This document shows, in pieces, positions 39,805 through 52,919 of a stretch of DNA of 64,000 bases. The notes under the pieces are model-generated. The model had not been told where the DNA came from and searched no databases. It saw nothing but the letters and a program-made list of their open reading frames with translations. Both the position numbers and the translations under genes were made by a program. The stretch's first letter is position 1. Every line of letters begins with the position of its first letter. The stretch covers positions 16,492,001 through 16,556,000 of the forward strand of contig OX597837.1 in NCBI GenBank assembly GCA_951406725.2, read 5' to 3'. The stretch is from Octopus vulgaris (taxonomy: Eukaryota).

Positions 39805-42114
39805 CGCGCATAAACAACACACAATTCTGATTTCGTATTCCTCCTTTGACTTAGAGCTGTGTAAGAAATCAATATGTCAGTCTCTACAAGTTGCTGAATT
39901 AAATGCTTAATTCTGTAAAGACATCCATAATCCAATAAGATTACAAATGTCCAGTCTATTAACCCTCATCTTTAGACTCTACAGATATTTACAGCTGTGT
40001 GATCTCCACATCAGAGTCAATTGGGGAACTTTTATTTCTAAATTAAGTGGTTTTTTGCTTTGTTTTTCCACTAGCGCCATCTGCGTGCGCCAGTAACCTA
40101 ATGATCATGGACTTTACTACACTTAGCTTAAAAATTAATGTTCCTAGTTCAAATCCAGTTTGCAACCATATATCTAATCAAGAGTAAAACAATGAATACA
40201 CATGATCAAACAAATTGAAATGTAGTGTCAAGTAATTATCCTGTTAATTAGCAACAATTGCATATCAAGTATTTACATATTTAATCATCACCATCGTTCT
40301 TCTTTCACAATCTGCTACATGTATTTGAGAGTGTTTCTATATGGTCACTCAATCTGCTAAACATAGCAGCCCAAATCACATTCATATTACAACCTATATC
40401 GATAATGAAGACCTAAAGACATTACATCTGTGAAAAGAAGAGAAGAGGATCTGAGTCAACAATTTCAAATGACACTTCTTTTTGTGGGGTAATACGGATA
40501 AATGGATAAATCAAGCTAATGTAAACTTCTTTGCTGACGGGTACAAAAGCTAGCAATTAAATAATACTGAATTATTTCATAGCTCATGCCAGCCTCTTCC
40601 AAATCAAGACATGATAGCCCTTACTTCTCACTGCACTGCACAAAAGTTGGCTGGTTGTCTGGGACCCCAATCAAATAAGCCATGCTATCACTTAAATGGA
40701 ACTCTCAAAAATCTATTAGATACTGTCAGAAGGATAATTGAACAGAGTTGCGAATCATAGCACTTCCATAGCCACAAGACATCATTAATCAACGTAAACA
40801 GTGTCCCACCTGTGTGTGTGTGTGTGTGTGCGCGCGTGCGCAATAGAAAATGCTTGCCAAGATTTTGGGCAGTGGGACTGAACCCAAAACCACTTATAAT
40901 CATCATCAGTTTAATATCCACTTTCCAGGCTTGCATGGGTCGTATGTAATTTGCTGAGGCAGATTTTCTACACTTCAATGCCCTTCTTGTCGCCGATTGT
41001 CAGTTGTTTCCAAGAAAGGTAGGATTTCCCAATGACCAGAAATATTGGAAACAAAGGACTCAGCTTGCATGACAGCAACAGTAATGCACACACACACACA
41101 GTCAATTCATATAAACTCTACCCCTGGATTACATTACTTTTTAATGCATTTGGAGCATGCCGTTTCTGTACCTTTAATTACACACACACACACATACATG
41201 ATGAGTTTCTTTCAAATTCACTCAAAAGGCTTTGGGTGACCTGGGGCTATAGTAGAAGACACTCAAGGTGCCTTGCAATGAGACTGAACTTGGAACCATG
41301 TAGTTGGGAAGCAAGCTTCTTACCACACAGCTTTTTCAAACATATTTTTATTTGTTCCAAAATATGTTGCTAGTAAATAAACCAAAACAAAAAAAACAAC
41401 AACAAAGTTTAAGGAACCACTGCCCAAAACATACACTTTCACTGGGATATATAAGCAAACATAGATATACACTTCTGCCTATCATCTCCATCTCATTCTC
41501 TTTTGGCACTCACAGACAACTTTATATAGGTTGCAATTTATTTTGTTTATGCCATCAACTACTGCTAACCTCATTCAGAGGCCTGATCCACCCACTATGT
41601 TATGATTAGTACATGGAACAAGAAGAAAATGGTTTGCTGAAATTAAAATTTCACTGGTTGTTTCTTGGTTTATATTAAAAACATTTGTGTTTGCAATTAG
41701 GCTTTCATTAGTAGTAAATGCTAAAGCTTTCTTACACTGGCACAAGGCCATAGATTTCAGATAAGAGTCGGTCAATTAAGTCAACCTTAGTATTTGACTA
41801 GTACTTAAATTTATCAGTACTACAGTGGAATTTGAATCCTATGTGAAGAGGAATGTAATTAAATACCACAAGGTATTTTGTCCAACAATCTGTTTCTACT
41901 ATTTATTGATGTTAAAATTTTTTTTTAAATAATGGTTTAAAATGTTGGCACAACTGGTACTTATTTTATTGACTCCAAACAAATGAAAGGCAAAGCTGAC
42001 CTTGGTGGCATTTGATCTCAGAGTGTAAAGACATGAAAAACCACTAAGCATTTTATCTAACATGCTAACGATTCTACCAGCTCATTACCTTAATAACAAC
42101 AATATTAATAAATG

Positions 42115-43192
42115 TCCTGATGCAGTACCAGGCACTGGCTCTCAAGGCTTCTGATCTTTACTGATTGGAGTTGTTATAATGTACACATTTTGTCTTGGTA
42201 TAAAAGATGGGCTAGAGCAAATATTCCGTTCAATAGCACAGATTTGCTAGTCAGTTGTTTAACCATAACCAGTTGAGCATGTCTCTTTGTGGATGATGAT
42301 ATGCGCACCTCTAATCATGAGCACAAGTAGTGGGGGAGCATCAGAGCCATGTGTTGAGAGGACTTCTCTGGGGTTAGAATAATTCATTTCTGGAAACATG
42401 AGTATTTCATTCATCATCCTTAAACAAACCTTATTCAGGGACCTTTCGAGGGGGATGAGCTACTTGACTAGAAGAAAATTCTAACTGGGCCCTATCTGCA
42501 TGGCTATGTGCTGTTTATCTTGATATGAGATTACTATGTCATTCGCATATGGTTGTGATGCCTGTGCCTGGTGTACCCTTATCAGATGAGTAGTCATGAT
42601 GGGTATAATGGGCTTTGTATATTTGTACTCCAGTGTCACTTTGATGGTATGCACTGCTCTCTCACTCAATGACAATGATGATGATAATAATAAACTGATT
42701 GGAATTGATTATCAAGTACCTTTTTGTTTTTGTGTAAAAGATGAGCTGCAGCAAGTATTCTGCTCAAAACCACAGATTTGCTTGTCAGTCACTTGACCCT
42801 AAGCAGTTGAGCATATATCCATTAGGGGCTGATATATGTGCATCTCTGATTACAGGCAAGTATAGTGCAGGAGCAGAGACATGTGTTGAAGGGATTCTTT
42901 GGGGTTTGAGATAATTCACCCTTGGGAACATGGGTGTTTTGTTCTGCATCCTTAAACAACCCTTATTCAGGGACCTTGTGAGTAGGATAGGCTACTCAAC
43001 CTGAAGAAAATTCTAACTGGGTCCCACCTGCAAAGTCAAGAACTATTTATCTTGATATGAGATCACCATGTTGTACACATATGGTTGTGATGCATGTGCC
43101 TGGCATAGCCTTATCACAACAGGTAGTCATGATGGGTATATTGGACTTCATATATGTGTACACCAGCATCACTTTAATGGTATGTACTGCTC
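42115..43192 (+). repeat. Two tandem copies of a 500-550 bp interspersed repeat (third copy at 46878-47386) associated with (TAA)n
   Basis: Shared blocks such as ccttattcagggacc, gaagaaaatt(c/g)taactggg and tagtcatgatg(g/a)gtata in all three copies. Confidence 0.85.
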
Positions 43193-43790
43193 CTCTGTAG
43201 GATGTGTGGCAGCAAAAACAAAACCATTTTGCATATTGTAAGTGAGTGTAGCAAACTGGTCCAAAAGGAATTCAAAAAGAGGATTGAATAATGTAGCTGA
43301 GTTTGTTCACAGAAATGGTATAAGCATAAACATCACAGAGAATAATGAGTATAGGATCTATAGCAATTGATGTTTGGACCAGACATTGTAGTGGATAAAA
43401 GGAGGCAGGAAAGCAAATTCATAGATATTGCCATACCTAAGGATGCACCAATGGGTGACAAAGAGTTGGAAAAGAATGAAAAGTACAAGCTGCAAAAAGA
43501 TGAGGTTGCACAATTGTGGACAATGAAGAAAGTAACTGTGATTGCAGTAGTTTTTATAGGAGCAGCAGTAGCATTAACAACCAGGTTTGAGAAATTTGGA
43601 CTGATATGGGGGGGTAGAACATGCTCAAAAGATTGCTTTATTGGAGAGAGCTAGGGTCTTGAGATTGATACTTGGTTGTTAAGCATTATGGAAAGAGATC
43701 CTGTAAGATCTTTGACAACAGGTTGCTGTCTGCTCTTACAGAATTAACTGGAGCAAGCAAAATCAGGAACTCTGAGATGTGAAATGGAAA
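43193..43790 (+). mobile_element. R4/Dong-like LINE 3' fragment: CCHC knuckle plus PD-(D/E)xK endonuclease
   Basis: CRMCGSKNKTILHIVSECSKL (C-x2-C-x8-H-x4-C), then PDIVVDK..FIDIAIP..ELEKNEKY..LW..V.VIAVV.IGA. Confidence 0.85.
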
Positions 43791-45717
43791 TTTTCTAGTA
43801 CTTGACTGGTAATTTATTTTATTGACCCTAGAAGGATGAATGGCAAAGTTAATCTGAGGAAGATTCAAACTTAGAATATAAAAGGTCGCAATTCTGTCAA
43901 CCCACCACTCTTTATTTGCCACAAGGGCAGCAGATAAGTACAAAAACTATGGTGGTTTATCTTTTGTCTATCACTTGTTGCAGTCACTTGGACAGTGGCC
44001 ATGCTAGGGCACTACTTTGAAGGGTTTAGGCAAACAAATCATCCCCAATACTTATTTTTTAAAGTCTGATATTTATGCTATCAGTCTCTTTTGCACTGAA
44101 CTGTTAAGTTACAGGGAAGTAAACAAACCAACACTGGGTGTCAAGTAGTGGTGACAGGTTAAAACTTCCATCTATTGTATTGGTCAACTTAGGGTTATAG
44201 TAGAAGATGCTTGCCCAAAGTGTTGTGCAGTGGGACTGAACCCAAAATCACGGGGTTGCAAAGCAAGCTTCTTAACCACACAGCCATGCCTGCACCAATA
44301 TGAAGAATAAATATGGTAAAACCAAATGGGAAAACAATATCTATCACAGACGCAAATGATGTGGGGAGTAACAGTTGATGATATCCATCTCACAGCTTGA
44401 CTTAGCATTCATCTTATTGACAAAGGAAAGATCAGAAACAAAGGTAACTTCAGCATGATTTGAACTCTGAACATAAAAGATACAAAAATCAAGCAGTGCC
44501 ATGGTTTACCTAGGCACAGATTTACAAATCCATGGGCAAGGGAACTGTGAATTGAATTGAACACAGTATTTGATACATTTTAGGATGGGAGGCAAAAATT
44601 GAAACCCCCGCTTCAAAATCTAAACCAAAATGGAAACGCTTGAAACCTAAAAACTGCAGGTTATTTTAGTGCCGCTCTCTACTGTTTCTGCCACTCCAAA
44701 ACCATTTGTTTTCATTTAAATATTTGGTTTGATGATGTCCTGTTTGTGCCACTTCAAAAACATTATCATCTTGGCTTTTCAAATTTTTTTTCTGGCATTT
44801 ACAAAGAGAAATAAAAAAATTCTTTTATCTTAAAATATACATAAATAAAAAGTTAAAACTTTTTCTTTTTGTATAATTCTAAACAAAGAGGGGGAAAAAC
44901 CATCTATGTACATTATTGAAACAAATTAAATACACACAGTAGTTACTGTTTTTTTTTTTTTTTTTTTTTTGCTGTGTTCTTTTTTAAAGCACGAATCAAT
45001 AAAGATCCTGCAATAACAAACAGCTCTACAAAAGCGCTCCACCTTCCACCAGCTCTGTTCTTTTCCCTTCAGAAATTGGAAAAGGGTTCTATTCCAAATG
45101 TGAGGCCTCAATACAGTCAATACTGATGATGGTCTCCAACCAACACACATTAAACTTACACACACACTGCAAAGAAAAACAGCCACCACCATCATCTATT
45201 ATAAGCACTGTATAATTATTCTTTGAGTAAGAGAAAGAGAACCAACCATGCAACTACAGCAACCACTGAGAGCCCCAATGAAAGAATCTGAATCCAGTTT
45301 AACCTAATTTCTACAGTGATCCAATAATATGAATAAAATAGCACAGTGATGGCAGATTGGTGGTTCCCAATAGGGAGGGGTGGGTGGAGGTAGAGATTTC
45401 AAAGAAAATGTGAAAAAGAGAAGTCTAAAAAAAAAGGAAAAAAATGTACACACACACACACATCAATAGAAAACTAGAACTGAGTCAGAAAGGGGAAAAT
45501 TAATGAAAACAACTTTGATACAACAAGAACAACAAAAGGCTAACACAGAAGAAAAGTTGAAAAGAAGAAAAATGAAAACAAAAAGAAACAAACAATTTGA
45601 TTCATGGTTAAATTTTTCAACATGAATTGGCAGATGAAAGAGACTGTATGGATGTGTGCGAGATAATCAGAAGGAAGAGCAAAAGAGAGAGAGAGAGAGA
45701 GAAGGAAAGACTGAGAT

Positions 45718-46022
45718 CCAGTGTAGAAATAGCTATAATACACTAAAACAGTATATGGAATATAATACACAGCAACTCTGTAGGAAGTGATATGTAACCA
45801 AAGTGAACAATTAATTATAAGACACAACAGTGTAGAATGAGTTATAATAGATGAGAACATTGTAAAAAGGATAATACTACAAAGCAAGTGTAATGAAAGT
45901 GTAGAAATAGGTTGTAATACACAAAGAGTGTAGAATGTGTGATATTGCATTTGCAAAACAGAGCAGAATGAAGTGTAGATTGGGTAGTATTAACACAGCA
46001 ACGGTGTATATGGGTTACAATG
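45718..46022. repeat. Degenerate minisatellite, unit about 29 bp (agtgtagaatgggttataatacacagcaa-like)
   Basis: Recurrent gtgtagaa...ataatacac. Confidence 0.55.
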
Positions 46023-48536
46023 GTTTTTGATTTTGGTACAAGGCCAACAGTTTTATAGTGAATGGGGTAAGTGGATTACAATGACTTGCGCTCAACTGGT
46101 ATTTATTTAATCGACTCTGAAAGGATGAAAGGTAAAGTCAAAAATTTGAGCTCAGAACAAAATGAGTTGGAAGAGAAGAAACGCCACTTTAAAAGTTCTG
46201 CCAGCTCACCACTTCAGAATGGGTTACACTAATGGCTTAGGATGGGGGCATACAAAAGCAATTTCCAATATCTAAAAATTAAGTAAAAAAAAACAATATT
46301 TCAGATCACACACACTACAAAAATTAGTGAAATTAGGGGGGAGAACATCATCATAATTGAATGCATGTCTCATGAAATTTGTGACTGCAAAAATATTTAA
46401 AATTTATATACTTTTTTTTTTTAAAGTTTGCAAGGAGATGATGATGTTTGATATTAAGGTTCTCTTCTGTTACTTTTAGCCTCCCATAAAACAAAATAAA
46501 GAGTATTCAATGTGGGAGACTGGTGGAAAATAATTAGATTTCATAAAAAAGAAATCACTCAGTTTGATTATTGCTGTTCCACTATGACCATTATTAGTCA
46601 TGCAGTCCTAAGTTGGAATTTTACAGAAGAAATAAACATGAATCTGTGTGTGTGTGTGTAAAAACAATTGTTGCTAATATAGATACAAGACCAGAAACTT
46701 GGGGGAATTGGTTAACCAATTCCCTAAACATCAGTATTTGACTGGTACATTATCTCATCAACATCGCAAGGATGAAACGTAAAGTTGACTGCAGTGAGAT
46801 TTGAACTCAGAGCATAAACAACCTCAGGAAATACCTCAGAGAATTTTTGCTTTTTGACACTATATAGAATAATAATAGATGCAATACCAGGAACTGGCTC
46901 CTGATCTTAACTGATTGAAGGTGTTAACAGGTACATGTTTTGTCTTGGTGTAAAAGATGGGCTACAACAAATATTTTGCTCAATACCACAAATTTCCTTG
47001 TCACTTGTTTGACCATGTCCATTTGTGGCTGACAATATGTGCATCTCTGATCATGAGCAGAAGTAGTAGGGGAGCATCAGAACCATGTGTTAAGAGGAAT
47101 TCTTTGGGGTTTGAATAATTTACTTCTGGAAACATGGGTGTTTCATTCTGCATCCGTAAACAACCCTTATTCAGGGACCTTTTGAGTCCTGAAGAAAATT
47201 GTAACTGGGCCCCACCTGCAAGGCCATGCACTATTTATCTTGATATAAGATCATCATCTCATGTACATATGGTTGTGATGCATGTACCTGGTATACCCTT
47301 ATCAGAGAGGTAGTCATGATGAGTATACTGGGCTTCATATATTTGTACCCAAGTGTCACTTTGATGGTATGCACTTCTCCCTCACATAATAATAATAATA
47401 ATAATGGTTTCAAATTTTGGCATAAGGCCAGCAATTCTGAAAGAAAAGGGTATGTTAGTTACTTCATTAGTTGACTGGTACTTTATTTAATCATGGATGA
47501 AAGGCAGTGTATGTGCATATATATATATGACACACATGATGGACTTCCACGGTAAGCCCAGTGCTATAATAGAAGGCACTTACTTAATGTGCAGTGCTAT
47601 GGGACTGAACCCCAAGACCACATGACTGGGAAACAAGCTTCTTAACCACACAGCCACGCCTGCATCTATAAATATCAAACTGAAAAAACTTTCCTCATTT
47701 TCTCTTCCCCCACTAAATTATTGTACCTCAAATTATACTTGAAACACTCTGACACCACTGAGTGATCTCCTCCTCCTGTAAGCTAAAAGGAGATAGAGTT
47801 AGAGCAGGGGAGATGGAGAGGCACTAAAAGGCCAAAAAGACCTCAGACCAGCAAAGAAAAAAACAAAATAACATCTACTTGTCTCAGAAACACTCAGCTC
47901 CTGTGTGTAGAGAACAATGGGTAGATCTGTGCAACAGCAAGAGGTGTAGTGGTGCTGGTGGAAGTAGTTGTAAACAGCAGCAGCTGTAGTAGTGGGTGTG
48001 CTAGTTGTTTCGTTATTTCCTAAGGACAAGAAATCATTATCAACAACTAAATTTTGTTGAAGACACAAAAGATAATGTTTCTTTATCACACTCATATAAT
48101 ATAAACAGTGATTTCTTTGGTGGTTCTTTTACTTTGTAGATGTCCAGGCTAGACCTCAATTACATCAACTTCACCTGTCTGGGACAACCTGCAAATGTCA
48201 TGGGCACTGCCCCTGCAGCCTCTGATCAACTTATATGAACAAAAACAAAACCTGCTTAGTTCAAAGAAGCTAAACCAAACAATATTGATCAGCCATGTGT
48301 GCATTTATCTCTTATCTTGTACTCGTTTCAGTTAGTGGACAGCAGTAGTGCTGGGGGCACAAAATTGATAAAGTTTCTTATTTAGTCTGATACTTATTCT
48401 ATCAGTCTTTATTGCCTAACTGCCAAGTTACAGGGACATAAAACAACACTGGTTGTCAAGTGGGAACTAATACACACACAAATTGCCTATATTATAAATT
48501 CTTTTTAAAATGAATGTGCTACACACATTGGGACAG

Positions 48537-48570
<34 letters not shown>

Positions 48571-49404
48571 CACACAGTGATATGGAGCACAAGCACACAC
48601 AGAATACAGTACACACGCACACTGATCTGGTACACCCACACAAACAATGTGATACGCCCAAACAGTTATGTATTACACACACACACACACACACACAGGA
48701 ATAAATAAACCTTCACATATTAAATGTAAAGAAAAGTGGAACATTTTATTATTTATAGTTAAAAGACTTGAAGAAAAAAGAGAAAACTCATGAAACAGTT
48801 GAATTTCCCCAACAATATGGAGAGGAAGAGAGAACAATGACAAAATACAACAGATTTTACCATATTTGGCACTTCCAGTTCTAAACTGCTGAGATCTTGC
48901 CAGAATTTACTTAGACTTTTCAACCTGTGGGTATGGAGGATAGGAGTGGGGAGGAGAGGAACAGTGCTTCAAAATACCTACCAATAGTGGAATCATTAGT
49001 GTTGGACAAAAGGCTTTGCCACATTTAGATATGTCCCAAGTTCAAATCCTACTAAGGCCAATTTCGCCATCAATCCTTCCAGGGATACAACACCAGATTT
49101 CCAAGATAAGGAATTCATATTTTCTACATTGTTTAAAAAAGATATATAGTCTTACAGTTATTTCTGGAACATCACGGATATTCCTCCATCAGAGATGATG
49201 TGAGATGATTAAATAGGGGTAAATACTTGAGTTTGAAATAAGGAATTATTATGGAAAAGGAGGTGATAGGGAATATAGAGGGGAATAAGAGAATGAAAGT
49301 AGAAATGAAAATATAAAACATATAAAGATATTGTAGTTGCAATTCCACCATTCGAAGAAAGTGGTGTATAGAAGTAGTAAAAGAGTTTCATGTAGATGAA
49401 CAAA

Positions 49405-49475
49405 TTCAACTTAATGGTAAAGTACTTGATGTGTAATCACAGGGATGCGAGTTCGAGTCTCACGGCTGGTTGCCA
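49405..49475 (+). pseudogene. tRNA-like remnant or SINE head (possibly Thr-TGT-derived)
   Basis: ttaatggtaaag (D-loop/A box), tga-tgTGTaa-tca anticodon-like arm, gagttcgagtctc T arm; acceptor stem does not pair. Confidence 0.4.
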
Positions 49476-49699
49476 ACAGAATCTTCAGGAAATTATGGAT
49501 TGTTTATCCTGTTCATGCTTTATTATCAGCATTATCCACCGTTTGTGAATAAAAATTATTTCCTTATCTGTATCTTTCAATACAGCTCAACACTTCTAAA
49601 GCAAACTTTGTTTATTGACTTCCAACATAAGTTGAATTTAATACATTATATATAAATATATATACATACACACATATAAATATATATATACACATATCG

Positions 49700-50020
49700 T
49701 TACCGCATCGCCTTACTAGCACTTGTGCTGGTGGCACGTGAAACATTTGAGCGAGGTCGTCGCCAGTGCCGCTGGACTGGCTCCTGTGCAGGTGGCACGT
49801 AAAAAGCACCATTTGGGCGTGGCCATTGCCAGTTCCACCAAACTGGCTCTCGTGCCGGTGGCACGTAAAAGCACCCACTACACTCTCGGAGTGGTTGGCG
49901 TTAGGAAGGGCATCCAGCTGTAGAAACTCTGCCAGATCAGATTGGAGTCTGGTTCGCCAGACCTTAGTCAAATCATCCAACCCATGCTAGCATGGAAAGC
50001 AGACGTTAAATGATGATGAT
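49700..50020 (+). mobile_element. RTE 3' UTR fragment ending in the (ATG)n tail
   Basis: Reverse complement of the 13580-13910-type sequence. Confidence 0.85.
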
Positions 50021-50574
<554 letters not shown>

Positions 50575-51137
50575 GGAACACACATGTTAAATGATGATGA
50601 TATTTATACTTAGATATATAGAAAACAAAGTTATTTTATTCCATATGAGTAGAAATACAGGAAAAATAGAAGTTGAAAATGCAATGAGAATAGTTAAAAT
50701 ATATTTTTATAATTATATTTAAGGATTTAACCAGTTTCACAGTTTACACTGATTTTCAAAAGATTGAAATAGAAAAACATGGCTTCTGTTGCAGCTGTGT
50801 TGCTTCTAAGTAGTGTTTCAAGCTGACCTTATTTTGATATGGAGTTCAAGTCTGAAATTAGTATAATGCTTTGAATAGAGTTTGATTGGTAGAGGATAGT
50901 CACATGACTGGTCTTAGAAATGTTTGTGGGTTCCCTATGTCAGTGTGATAGTATTATGTGACATTGTTTAGCGTTGTAAATTAAGGCTGACACTTAACTT
51001 AAGACATCTAGAGGCCATGGTTGAAGCCAATGGTGATTCTATTGAATAAATTTACTCTTTTCATTTCTGCGTAATTTAGACAATTTATTCACTGCACACT
51101 GTCTATATACATACACACACACACACACATATATATA

Positions 51138-51920
51138 TCATCATCAACGTTTAGCGTCCGCTTTTTATGCTAGCATGGGTTGGACGGCTCAACTGGGGTC
51201 TGGGAAGCCAGAAGGCTGCACCAGGCCCAGTCTGATCTGGCAATGTCTCTACGGCTGGATGCCCTTCCTAACGCCAACCACTCCGTGAGTGTAGTGGGTG
51301 CTTTTTACGTGCCACCGGCACAGGTGCCAGACAAGGCTGGCAAATGGCCACGATCAGATGGTGCCCCCTACACGCCACCGGCACGAGGCCTACCAGGGCA
51401 GCGCTGGCAACGGCCACGCTGGGATGGTTCTCTCACGTACCACCGGCACTGGTATCACAGCTGCAATTTCCATTGATGTTGATCAATTTCGATTTTGATT
51501 TTCACTTGCCTCAACAGGTCTTTACAAGTAGAGTTTTGTGTCCCAAGAAGGAAAGGTATGCATAAGTGAACTGGCTACATCCCATGTGGAGGCCACGGGT
51601 TATGGTCTCACTTGTCCTGCCGGGTCTTCTCACGCACAGCATACTTCCAAAGGTCTCGGTCTCTAGTCATTTCTTCGGTGAGACCTAAACTTCGATGGTC
51701 GTGCTTCACCACCTCGTCCCAGGTTTTCCTGGGTCTGCCTCTTCCACAGGTTCCCTCAACCGCTAGGGTGTGGCACTTTTTCACACAACTATCTTCATCC
51801 ATTCTCGCCACATGACCATACCAGCGCAAACGTCTCTCTTGCACACCACAACTGATGCTTCTTAGGTCCAGCTTTTCTCTCAAGGTACTTACACTCTGTC
51901 AAGTATGAACACTGACATTA
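51138..51920 (-). mobile_element. RTE LINE 3' fragment (C-terminal ORF plus 3' UTR)
   Basis: ORF 51608-51883: RRLRWYGHVARM...GRGRPRKTWDEVV...DRDLWK. Confidence 0.9.
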
Positions 51921-51989
51921 CAATGAACACTGACATTACAATGAACACGAATAAATAAATGGAGTTGAACGAAGATGTTAATAAAATTT

Positions 51990-52076
51990 CTTTACTTTCG
52001 ACATATGTTTCGAAGACAACATGGTTTTATTCCAAAGGAATAAACAGTGTAAGATGCAATTTTCTCATCAGGAAAG
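51990..52076 (-). ncRNA. Type I hammerhead ribozyme, intact core (left arm of inverted repeat)
   Basis: ctttc-CTGATGA-gaaaat...gtcttc-GAAA-catatg-TC-gaaag on the minus strand; one mismatch in stem II. Confidence 0.8.
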
Positions 52077-52434
52077 AGAGCCTCTCTCAACAACAAGACA
52101 TTATAACAATTACAATTAAAGGGATAATAAGTAGGGAACAAATAGAGGGGGAGTGATACATTGATTAAAAGAATGTATACTTTGAACAATTAGTTTAACT
52201 TGCACTTCACTTCAATAGAGGAATTTTTTCCCAAGCCTTTGAACATTCTTTTAATCAACGTATCACTCCCCTTCTATTTGTTACCTACTTATTATCCTTT
52301 TAACTCTTCTCTTCCTACTATCTGCCTTTGACATCAAATCTACTAACGGTTTTTTTAAATACTTAATAACATTCTGTTTATCATGTAGGCAGTCATCGTA
52401 ATTGTTATAATGTCTTGTTGTTGAGAGAGGCTCT

Positions 52435-52525
52435 CTTTCTTTCCTGATGAGAAGACTGCATCTTACACCGTTTATTCCTTTGGAATAAAATCATGATGTC
52501 TTCGAAACATATGTCGAAAGTAAAG
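52435..52525 (+). ncRNA. Type I hammerhead ribozyme, intact core; predicted cleavage after GUC at 52515
   Basis: ctttc(52439-43)-CTGATGA(52444-50)-gaagac...gtcttc-GAAA(52504-07)-CATATG-TC-gaaag. Stem II is extended by tttattcc-ttt-ggaataaa; stem III is palindromic. Confidence 0.88.
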
Positions 52526-52919
52526 GAATTTTATTAACATCTTCGTGCAACTCCATTTATTTATTCATCTATAACACACAAATTACTGCACATTAACCCA
52601 GAGTTTCTATCTTTGGATAGGTCGCTTCAACCGTGTTTCTGACGTGAATTTGCTACCCTGGTAACGGTTCATTGAATTTTCCATGTTAACGGTTAACATA
52701 GGATAATTCGTTCACCCATATATATATATATACACACACACACACCCCACACACTTTCTTTCAGTTTCCATTTGCGAAATCCACTCATAAGCCTTTAGTC
52801 AGCCCAAGTTGACATGCAGTGGAACTGAACCCAGAAGCATGTAGTCAGAAAGTAATCTTCTTACCACATACTGACACCTGTAAAATGACAAAGCTATTTT
52901 ACTAAACTTTTCATTTTCT

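Noticed and set aside
47799-48095. 98-aa minus-strand ORF in apparently unique sequence
   Set aside because: Low-complexity, no recognisable domain and no clear splice sites.
48850-48910. Possible decayed hammerhead on the minus strand
   Set aside because: Both conserved boxes are altered; indistinguishable from chance.
49405-49475. Functional tRNA gene
   Set aside because: Acceptor stem unpaired and anticodon loop non-canonical; kept only as a remnant.
50720-50768. Minus-strand hammerhead-like TTGAAAA-tcag..ctgt-GAAA-ctgg-TT
   Set aside because: Core doubly mutated and stem I unpaired; too degenerate.
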